A DNA stretch of 21,692 nucleotides, from the IMG/VR virus record IMGVR_UViG_2541047885_000001; one strand, given 5' to 3'. Below are positions 1-6,595 of the stretch, in pieces. A program made the position numbers and the translations under genes. The notes under the pieces are model-generated. The model was not told the DNA's origin. It saw only the letters and a program-made list of their open reading frames with translations, and did no database searches. Every line of letters starts with the position of its first letter. Positions within the stretch are counted from its first letter, which is position 1. Source of the stretch: a virus. Its lineage: Duplodnaviria > Heunggongvirae > Uroviricota > Caudoviricetes.

Positions 1-34
1 GTTCTTCTGACAGAACGGCGGCACAGGGATGTGC
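1..34. repeat. Left arm of a perfect 34-bp inverted repeat (partner at 1155..1188); may extend beyond the window edge
   Basis: Bases 1..34 are the exact reverse complement of 1155..1188. The arm contains two small sub-palindromes (GTTC-N8-GAAC and GCACA-N4-TGTGC). Confidence 0.85.
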
Positions 35-151
35 CTTTAAATAATTCTGTACAGATTGCAGGTGAATAGCGTACTATTACCTCAAGGGTAAACGGATTGG
101 TTTCATTTTTATTAATCCGTGTAATGAACTTATGAGATATGAGGTAATGTC

Positions 152-331
152 ATGCGAAACGAAAAATTGCAGATGCGTAGAGCGCAAGCTGCCGCAAGAC
201 GTTCTTTCAATGGAAGCGTAGAGTACGTAAAAGTTACTATGACAAAAGATCACGCAAGTCGCGTATCCCGCGCTTTCTTTGATTCTCGTAACAATAAGGA
301 AAATTATGAGTTCGTCTGCGTCGCAGAATGA
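152..331 (+). CDS. Candidate small basic protein (59 aa), first gene of a possible two-gene cargo module; below the ORF-track length cutoff
   Basis: ATG at 152 with GAGGT 8 nt upstream; open frame to TGA at 329..331; overlaps the start of the downstream ORF by 26 nt in another frame. Arg/Lys-rich translation (MRNEKLQMRRAQAAARR...). Confidence 0.25.
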   Translation: MRNEKLQMRRAQAAARRSFNGSVEYVKVTMTKDHASRVSRAFFDSRNNKENYEFVCVAE

Positions 332-851
332 TAAAAATCAAATTGTCAGATATAAGGGTCGAGTATTGCATACGCAAAATTTCTCGGCCCTTTGTGCATC
401 TGATCTTGAGCTGAAGAAAGTATCTGATGCCTTTACCCAGTATTGGAAAACGGGATACCATCCATCTCTTGGTAAAGATGCTGCATTTGCTCGTCCGACA
501 GAAATGCTTAAACTAAATGTCAGGCATACTCATGTCGATAACCAAGACTATATTCCAGAAGATAGTGATAAAAAACACACTGGTAAAAAATCATCTTGGG
601 ATGCATGGAAAAATATAGCGTCTGTGCAAGTAAAATGCATACCAACAAGTGATTGCTTTTTAGTTTATTCGGTAAATCACAATCGTGATGCGCTGGTTAT
701 GTTTTTTGTTGACGCAGATGCCCACAACATAACTGAGCAAGAAGAGTTTAAAGAGGCAGCAATCACTATCAGTTATCAATTCTTTGAGAAAACAAAAACA
801 GAACCAATGCCTTTAGAAGAAGATCTTTTTTCTGATAAATGGAAGGAATAG
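306..851 (+). CDS. Hypothetical protein (181 aa), low-GC cargo gene; no family recognised
   Basis: ORF-track frame 279..851; ATG at 306 preceded by AAGGA at 296..300. Roughly 38% GC against about 50% in flanking phage genes. Followed directly by an intrinsic terminator. Confidence 0.6.
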   Translation: MSSSASQNDKNQIVRYKGRVLHTQNFSALCASDLELKKVSDAFTQYWKTGYHPSLGKDAAFARPTEMLKLNVRHTHVDNQDYIPEDSDKKHTGKKSSWDAWKNIASVQVKCIPTSDCFLVYSVNHNRDALVMFFVDADAHNITEQEEFKEAAITISYQFFEKTKTEPMPLEEDLFSDKWKE

Positions 852-871
852 CCCGCAGCGCGGGCTTTTTT
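851..871 (+). terminator. Rho-independent terminator after the 181-aa ORF
   Basis: GCCCGC / GCGGGC stem followed by a T6 tract, overlapping the TAG stop. Confidence 0.6.
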
Positions 872-943
872 GTGGACGAAACAAAAGTCAGTGCTACACT
901 CATTGACGCCACATTGAGGTGGCTTATAGATGGAAATTTCACA

Positions 944-1105
944 ATGAAAAAAGCATTTGCTGCACTGTTCGTTTTGTTGTCTCTGGTAGCGTCAACTCAG
1001 GCCTTTGCCGGTCGTTGTCAGCACGACAGCGACACTGCTGCTGACGGCTCACGCTGCGGTGGGCGTTCTGCGGATTCCCGCCCGGGCGGCGGTGGCATTC
1101 GTTAA
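944..1105 (+). CDS. Possible small secreted peptide (53 aa) with a signal-peptide-like N-terminus
   Basis: ATG at 944 within ORF-track frame 839..1105; MKKAFAALFVLLSLVASTQAFA resembles a Sec signal with an AFA-G cleavage site. Weak RBS; Gly/Arg-rich low-complexity tail. Confidence 0.25.
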   Translation: MKKAFAALFVLLSLVASTQAFAGRCQHDSDTAADGSRCGGRSADSRPGGGGIR

Positions 1106-1128
1106 AAACAAGGCCGCGAAAGCGGCCT
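1103..1128 (-). terminator. Intrinsic terminator for the arc-ant transcript
   Basis: AGGCCGC-GAAA-GCGGCCT hairpin (1111..1128); read on the minus strand it is followed by TTTTT. Confidence 0.5.
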
Positions 1129-1140
1129 GTGACATGTCAC
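1129..1140. repeat. 12-bp perfect palindrome GTGACATGTCAC, copy 1
   Basis: Identical 12-mer recurs at 19386..19397; both copies abut a terminator hairpin at a cargo boundary. Confidence 0.8.
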
Positions 1141-1154
1141 GATAGTTTCGTTTT

Positions 1155-1188
1155 GCACATCCCTGTGCCGCCGTTCTGTCAGAAGAAC
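1155..1188. repeat. Right arm of the 34-bp inverted repeat; overlaps the last codons and stop of ant
   Basis: Exact reverse complement of 1..34; the ant stop codon (1179..1181) lies inside the arm. Confidence 0.85.
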
Positions 1189-2123
1189 CCTGCTTTGTCG
1201 TTGATATACTCCGCGTGCGTCTGGATATCACGCAGGCATTTGCTCACACCGACGATGTAGCAGAACATGGTGGTCAGCTCCGCCGCCGCGCCCGATACAT
1301 CGTGCCCGTCGTCCTGCAACTGGTTTAGCAGATTCATCAGCAGTGAGTTCTCCGTCAGGCCGAGAACACCAGACGGAGAATGAATCAGGCTGCGGTAGCC
1401 GGGCTTCAGCGGATAACCATAACATTTTGTCTGTGTTTTAATTGCCTCACGAAGCGCATCTAACATCTTGACTGCCACTTCATCATTCTCTGATGCAGAT
1501 CCAGCAGGGAGATGCTCCCCTTCAAGCGGAACCCGAGCAACAAGAGACAACGCTTCGGCGAATTGATCTTCATCAATTTCTTTGTACGAACAGCCAAAAT
1601 GAGATTTCAGTGACGACCACATGGTGATCATCGCCTTAGCCTGTTTTTCTTTTGGCAGAGACTGACCGCGACTCATGACGAGTTGTTTAATGGCTTCCTG
1701 CTGTTCAGTGGTTATTTTACCCGGCAACGCCTTTTTAGCTTTGCGTGGGTTAACCACATGGCCTTTAGTCCAGTACTCGTAGAGCACATCGTCACACTCT
1801 TCCTGATACTGGATTACCTTGTCGCGGATTTCAGGACGGACTTTGTTAGGGCTGATGGTTTGCAACCAGCCAGCAAGTTTGCGAAGTGCCAAACAAATAA
1901 TCTCACGGCGCTGTTCATCCCCAGGAAGCTGCATTGTGATTTTCACAATGCAGGTTTTAAACCGCTGCTTCATTTTCGTAAACTGTGAAGCCCAATCCAT
2001 ACCCATGCCTTCAACGATAGGTTTCATTGGGGTGTACGGTTCTCCGTTGTGATTGACAACATAAAGTTCTGCGCCGTGGAATGGCACGTTGATAGTAGAT
2101 ACCGCTGTTGCTATACTCGTCAT
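1179..2123 (-). CDS. ant: Phage antirepressor (Ant-like), 314 aa
   Basis: Sits downstream of an Arc-like gene and divergent from an Mnt-like gene, as in P22 immI. N-terminal region looks like antirepressor N-domains; size close to P22 Ant (300 aa). Confidence 0.75.
   Translation of the reverse strand: MTSIATAVSTINVPFHGAELYVVNHNGEPYTPMKPIVEGMGMDWASQFTKMKQRFKTCIVKITMQLPGDEQRREIICLALRKLAGWLQTISPNKVRPEIRDKVIQYQEECDDVLYEYWTKGHVVNPRKAKKALPGKITTEQQEAIKQLVMSRGQSLPKEKQAKAMITMWSSLKSHFGCSYKEIDEDQFAEALSLVARVPLEGEHLPAGSASENDEVAVKMLDALREAIKTQTKCYGYPLKPGYRSLIHSPSGVLGLTENSLLMNLLNQLQDDGHDVSGAAAELTTMFCYIVGVSKCLRDIQTHAEYINDKAGFF
2089..2117 (+). promoter_or_regulatory. Sigma70-like promoter antisense to the ant 5' end (candidate Psar)
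   Basis: TTGATA (2089..2094), 17-bp spacer, TATACT (2112..2117); predicted start near 2124, opposite the ant start codon (2121..2123). Confidence 0.45.
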
Positions 2124-2197
2124 GTCGTTAATTCCTATACGTAGTTTTACGATACTGAAGCCCTGACGGTCTGGCCACCGTTGGGCTTCGCTGTTTT
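2124..2197 (+). ncRNA. Candidate sar-like antisense RNA (~70-75 nt) covering the ant start codon and RBS
   Basis: Runs from the antisense promoter to a plus-strand hairpin (GAAGCCC 2157..2163 paired with GGGCTTC 2183..2189, inner ACGGT/ACCGT stem) followed by a T-rich stretch. Complementary to the ant SD (2133..2136) and ATG. Architecture parallels P22 sar. Confidence 0.4.
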
Positions 2198-2363
2198 ATG
2201 CCACGCTATTCTTCTCACCAGTGAGTCCATACACTTTCCTCAGCTGATAGATAATCTCTGTATTGAACTTTCGGCATTCTTTTTCGCCATTTCTTTCAAT
2301 AGCTAACTTCACATCGTCCGGAAAACGAACTCGTCGTTGACACATCTCTTTTGCTTTTTGCAT
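2196..2363 (-). CDS. arc: Arc-like ribbon-helix-helix repressor (55 aa from ATG 2363; the ORF track extends to a TTG at 2399)
   Basis: ATG at 2363 with AAGGAG 7 nt upstream. Translation matches the Arc pattern (basic N-terminal beta strand, RVRFPDDV..., NTEIIYQL). Lies immediately upstream of ant. Confidence 0.8.
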   Translation of the reverse strand: MQKAKEMCQRRVRFPDDVKLAIERNGEKECRKFNTEIIYQLRKVYGLTGEKNSVA

Positions 2364-2378
2364 TTCATATCTCCTTAG

Positions 2379-2447
2379 CCCCACCGTGGGGCAAAACAAT
2401 TGTCACACCGTGCGTCATTGATGTCAAGCACACGGTGAGGCATACTT
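2379..2447. promoter_or_regulatory. Divergent Pant / Pmnt promoter region with three candidate operator heptamers
   Basis: Minus strand: TTGACA (2427..2422), 17 bp, GACAAT (2404..2399). Plus strand: TTGATG (2418..2423), 17 bp, CATACT (2441..2446). CACCGTG at 2382..2388 and 2406..2412, and its inverse CACGGTG at 2431..2437; near-palindrome CCCCACCGTGGGG at 2379..2391. Confidence 0.5.
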
Positions 2448-2483
2448 CAATCATTGCAAGTAACTCAATATTTGGTGAAGAAC

Positions 2484-2915
2484 ATGAGCAGAGAAGATCC
2501 ACAACTAAGGATCAGACTTCCCGTTGAAGTAAAAGAAAAAATAGAAATTTCTGCAAAAGCCAATAAGCGATCAATGAACGCTGAAATAGTACAACGTCTT
2601 GACACCAGCTTTCTGAAAGATATTCATGAAGATGACGTAATTTCTGCTTATGAAGCAAAAATTATTGCAAACAATGCACGACATGAAATATTAAATATTA
2701 TTTTCAAAAGAACCTTTAATGAAATTAATAAGAAAATAACACTTGGACATACAAGTTTTTATATAAACCTTAATGACCTTGAACTGGAATCACTTGCAGA
2801 TAATGATTACCAGATCATCTTTGAAAAAACATTTAATAAGCTCAATGAACTAGGTTACATCATCTGTGAAAACTCATGGGATGCAGATGGTTTTGGAATT
2901 GAAATACCTGAATAG
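2484..2915 (+). CDS. mnt: Mnt-like RHH repressor (143 aa) with an unrecognised ~95-aa C-terminal domain
   Basis: ATG at 2484 with GGTGA 5 nt upstream. N-terminus (DPQLRIRLPVEVKEKIEISAKANKRSMNAEIVQRL) closely resembles the P22 Mnt DNA-binding domain as I recall it. C-terminal domain contains an internal repeat. About 30% GC. Confidence 0.8.
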   Translation: MSREDPQLRIRLPVEVKEKIEISAKANKRSMNAEIVQRLDTSFLKDIHEDDVISAYEAKIIANNARHEILNIIFKRTFNEINKKITLGHTSFYINLNDLELESLADNDYQIIFEKTFNKLNELGYIICENSWDADGFGIEIPE

Positions 2916-2926
2916 GAAGAACAAAA

Positions 2927-2947
2927 GGCGTGTACATATTACACGTC
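2927..2947 (+). other. Hairpin between mnt-like and the downstream gene (possible partial terminator or attenuator)
   Basis: GGCGTGTA / TACACGTC stem with a 5-nt loop, followed by TTTAATA. Confidence 0.3.
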
Positions 2948-3005
2948 TTTAATACAATTGAAAAACGCCACATTACTGATGTATGTTACAACAAGGAGCG
3001 ATATT

Positions 3006-3569
3006 TTGAAAACCATATCTATATTAAAGGTTGCATTAGGCGTCGCTATTATTTTGACTCTCTCAATATTGTTTTATTTTTACCACAAAAAAACTGCTAT
3101 TGCTCTTGATGGTCACACGGCAAACTCATTTTTCTCAGAGTACATAGTGCCGCTATCAGGAAGCGGTATAACAAATAAATATACTGACTATGACATCAAA
3201 TATGGAATTGATGATGGGAAGACTATTGTATTACATGTAATCATTAAAAACCTAATGACAGTAAATAAAAATACAGACTTTAACGATAAAAATACAATAC
3301 ATCACAACAACAGCAAAACATTAATTTCTTATAGTAGCAACATCTATACGGATAAATACCTAAAATACATATCAGAAGATACAATAAAAGAAACCCGCGA
3401 AAAGTTAAAAAACATATATTGTGCATCCGGCAGTTTTCACAAATTATCGCCGCAAGAGCGTTTATTCTACGAAGCAAGAAAACAACGTAAGTCAATAATA
3501 TTACATTATTATGCTGATTCAGGGGAATCACTCATATTTAATATTGGGGTTTCCCCTGAATCATGCTAA
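3006..3569 (+). CDS. Hypothetical single-pass membrane protein (187 aa from TTG 3006; alternative ATG at 2979), low-GC cargo
   Basis: Perfect AAGGAG (2993..2998) 7 nt upstream of TTG 3006. N-terminal hydrophobic helix ISILKVALGVAIILTLSILFYFY followed by HKK. Same strand as and just downstream of mnt-like. Asn/Lys/Tyr/Ile-rich. Confidence 0.7.
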   Translation: MKTISILKVALGVAIILTLSILFYFYHKKTAIALDGHTANSFFSEYIVPLSGSGITNKYTDYDIKYGIDDGKTIVLHVIIKNLMTVNKNTDFNDKNTIHHNNSKTLISYSSNIYTDKYLKYISEDTIKETREKLKNIYCASGSFHKLSPQERLFYEARKQRKSIILHYYADSGESLIFNIGVSPESC

Positions 3570-3580
3570 AGGTGTTTAAC

Positions 3581-6500
3581 TCACCGCATCACCGGATCCA
3601 CCTGGTTTATTAGTGGCGCAATCCAGAACAGGTTATTGCCTGGTATCAGGGTTCGGGCATTATGCACAATACGATCACCGGCATCACCATTCAACACTCC
3701 TGCGGTCACATCAATGATGCTATCCGCAAGACCAAATGACGGTCCGAATAGAGATCCTACGAATCCACGACTGGCATACCTAGACTGTGTGCCAGTGCCA
3801 AATAAAGCCCCCAGCCCAACAGCACCACCAGTAGCCTTTTCAGCCATGTTGTTATATTCCATCAATGGTCCAAGAATACCGGATCTATCTATACCCTCAA
3901 GCACCAGTTTCTCTGGTGACCAGTCAACATTTTTCCCTTTCGATGCTTCTTTAAGCGCATAGACCAGTGAGCCAAGAGCAATCTGAAATGCAGTGCCATA
4001 ATAAAATTGCGCAGTTCCTTCCTGTAACCCACCAAGTAGCGCACGGTTGTATGAAGCCGTTGTGAATGATTTAAACTGAAATATCGTTCGCCCCATTGGA
4101 GTACTCGCCCATAAAGGTGTGTCACCAATACCGGGGGTGATGATAGTGTTATTAACGTCTTTCAGAACCGCTGACTGGAATACTCCGGCAACGTACTGAT
4201 CATCCCATTTATCAAAGTTACCAATGTGCCATCCATCAATTACCTCGCCATGTTTCCCGAACTCACTGCGAATACGTGCAGCCATATTGTCGTTGATACC
4301 GAGTTTTGCCAGGCGGCGTGCAGGAAATGCACCGGACAAAATACCGTCTGAAATAACCATTCCGTTCATGGATTTGTTTATGTCATTAAAGCGATCCATG
4401 AGTGTCAGCTTGCCGAAGGCATCAGTAATTCGCTCCATTCCGGCTTCGACTGCTGTTGTCCTGGAAGAGCTGTCAACAAGATCACCAATTGCACGAGAGC
4501 GTGAATGCAGTACAGTTTCCAGTCCGATACCCATCTTCAACATCTCTTCTTTGCTGGCCTTAAATGCCGGTGATTGGGATATCTGAGAAGCATAGCCTTT
4601 CATGGTGTTACGGAAACCATTAACCATAACCCCTCTGGCCAGATCTGGAATAGCTGATACTGTCATTCCACCGAGTTTGGTCGTGAAGTTCACATCCCGC
4701 AGAAAAGCGCCAGCACGAACAAAAAACGAAGACGGATCATCAGGCATCCCATATGTACCAACAAGACGATCGCGTAATGCTGTTATGTCTCTGAGATCAT
4801 TTGCTCTTGATTTTGAAAGTCTGGACTGTTCTTTCCGTAATTCCTTTTCGTACTTTCGCATTAATGAATCGAGTTTACCCTGAGGAACAACTTCACCATT
4901 GCTCTCATAACGTGCTTTCAGATTTGCCACACTTTCGTCATATTTCGCCTTTATTTTTTCAGGCACTTCCCGTAACAGACTGTCATATTCGTCCTCAATT
5001 AATTGCAGACGCTCAGTCATAGTTCGTTTGCCAAATGTTCTCGTCAACTCAATTTCTGCTGCCGCTTCACGGATATGACGTTGCAGCACGTAATTCACAT
5101 CACTTTCAAGATAATCCCTGATAAGACTATCAGGAACATTTAATGTTCTTTCTTTCGTACTACCTGCGGCTTTTACAGAAAATACGCTGACAAAATCCTG
5201 TGGAACCTTAGCACCAGTAATTTTATTAATTACGATATCTGCTGCAATTTCAGCATCCTCAGGAACCAGTGTTTTATTTCCTCTCGACCACCAGTCAACC
5301 AAAATACGTCGAAATTTATCGCGTTCACTGATTATTTTTCCAACTTTATATATGCGTGGGAAATAGCTTGCCTGGCCTAATGCTTTCAGTTCTTCATCTG
5401 GCGGCAATAAACCAAGCTTTTGCATTTCAACTTTCACCCGATTTAATACAGTTCGCATCGCCTGCGCCGTTTCCTGAACAACAGGATTAGCATGCACATC
5501 ACCGCTTCGCATAGCATTCCCAACCTGCTGACGAAATGAATCAAAACTCATGTCACCACCATCAGCTTTATACTTTGCGTATGCCTGTTTATTTCCGACA
5601 ACAACAGCAGCTTCTTCACGCTGCCATCCACGTGTACGGGTTTCTACAGCTACCGGTGTTTCAATCCCCCTTTCATTTCCTTTAAGGGTGAAATTATTTT
5701 CGGCTAACTCCAGCGTTGTTTTTCGCACTGTCCTGGACGGAGACTCCATTAACCTTGTCAAAGGAGTAAGATAGCTCCCTGCTTTCCATGCAGCCTTTCC
5801 AACCACCCCACCAGAAACAGGGGTTAAATCATCCAGAGTCGCTGTATCAATTTTCATAGCACCAACACTACCACCATCGGAAAGCGAAGCGGCAGCCCTG
5901 TCAGTCACTGATGTAATGCTCATATTATCAAGAGCATCAGCAACCTCACGTGTGGCTGCAGCCCGGACGGATGGCGAAAGCGCAACACCAGCACTGGCAA
6001 ACACGCCGCTCATCATCGCCCCCGCTGCAACGTGAGCGGCACTTTCACCCCATGAGCGTGTTATTTGCTGATTATTCAGTACAACCTCGCTTAATGCTGT
6101 ACCGGCAGCACCAATCGCAATCTGTGAGCCAATACGCGCCAGTGCCCCTCCTTGAGCACCGGGAATAAACATTGACGCAACAGTAACCGGATCCATTCCC
6201 GCAGCAATACTGGCAAGGGTTCCAACTACGCCAGCATCAGACAATAAACGTCTGTCTTCATTTTCATCATCTATCTGCTGCTTAATCCACGCCGTTTCCT
6301 CTGGTGATCGGGAATCTGCAAATTTCGCCCCCCAGTATTCATAACCGTGCAACTCATTTTTATCAGCATATGGGTTATAACCCTCGACCGGTTCAAACTG
6401 TCTGGCTGGGCGGAAAAAACCAGACAGAATATTGTTCTGTCGCATTGCAGCCCCCCATACGGAAGGCTCAGGTGGCAATGGCTCAGGATTAGCCCCTTCC

Positions 6501-6595
6501 GGAAGGGCAACATCAAACCCAGTTTGTTCCGGCAAAACATTACCTGACGGGATCAGTCCGTTATTAAGATCTTCAGCTTGTGCATAAACTGGCAT
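3581..6595 (-). CDS. Internal virion / DNA-ejection protein (1004 aa)
   Basis: Last gene of the late operon before immI (the position of P22 gp16). Long coiled-coil-like segments and Gly/Ala-rich hydrophobic stretches. ATGA start/stop overlap with the upstream gene at 6595. Confidence 0.8.
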   Translation of the reverse strand: MPVYAQAEDLNNGLIPSGNVLPEQTGFDVALPEGANPEPLPPEPSVWGAAMRQNNILSGFFRPARQFEPVEGYNPYADKNELHGYEYWGAKFADSRSPEETAWIKQQIDDENEDRRLLSDAGVVGTLASIAAGMDPVTVASMFIPGAQGGALARIGSQIAIGAAGTALSEVVLNNQQITRSWGESAAHVAAGAMMSGVFASAGVALSPSVRAAATREVADALDNMSITSVTDRAAASLSDGGSVGAMKIDTATLDDLTPVSGGVVGKAAWKAGSYLTPLTRLMESPSRTVRKTTLELAENNFTLKGNERGIETPVAVETRTRGWQREEAAVVVGNKQAYAKYKADGGDMSFDSFRQQVGNAMRSGDVHANPVVQETAQAMRTVLNRVKVEMQKLGLLPPDEELKALGQASYFPRIYKVGKIISERDKFRRILVDWWSRGNKTLVPEDAEIAADIVINKITGAKVPQDFVSVFSVKAAGSTKERTLNVPDSLIRDYLESDVNYVLQRHIREAAAEIELTRTFGKRTMTERLQLIEDEYDSLLREVPEKIKAKYDESVANLKARYESNGEVVPQGKLDSLMRKYEKELRKEQSRLSKSRANDLRDITALRDRLVGTYGMPDDPSSFFVRAGAFLRDVNFTTKLGGMTVSAIPDLARGVMVNGFRNTMKGYASQISQSPAFKASKEEMLKMGIGLETVLHSRSRAIGDLVDSSSRTTAVEAGMERITDAFGKLTLMDRFNDINKSMNGMVISDGILSGAFPARRLAKLGINDNMAARIRSEFGKHGEVIDGWHIGNFDKWDDQYVAGVFQSAVLKDVNNTIITPGIGDTPLWASTPMGRTIFQFKSFTTASYNRALLGGLQEGTAQFYYGTAFQIALGSLVYALKEASKGKNVDWSPEKLVLEGIDRSGILGPLMEYNNMAEKATGGAVGLGALFGTGTQSRYASRGFVGSLFGPSFGLADSIIDVTAGVLNGDAGDRIVHNARTLIPGNNLFWIAPLINQVDPVMR

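Noticed and set aside
1-1188. lox/FRT-like (13-8-13) structure in the 34-bp repeats, or the 181-aa protein being the recombinase or transposase
   Set aside because: The 34-mer has no 13-bp internal inverted arms around an 8-bp core. The 181-aa protein lacks a serine-recombinase N-terminal motif, a convincing HUH motif, or DDE spacing. Any recombinase would have to be encoded elsewhere.
3636-5022. Several plus-strand ORFs (for example 3636..3962, 4224..4586, 4602..4883) inside the 1004-aa gene
   Set aside because: They lie antisense within a long, well-supported minus-strand gene, have no RBS, and have Pro/Ser/Arg-rich composition typical of shadow ORFs.
3581-6595. 1004-aa protein as the tailspike or tail fibre
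   Set aside because: Its position before immI corresponds to the ejection protein in P22-type layouts, and it has coiled-coil and Gly-rich hydrophobic segments rather than beta-helix-like repeats. The tailspike is probably left of the window.
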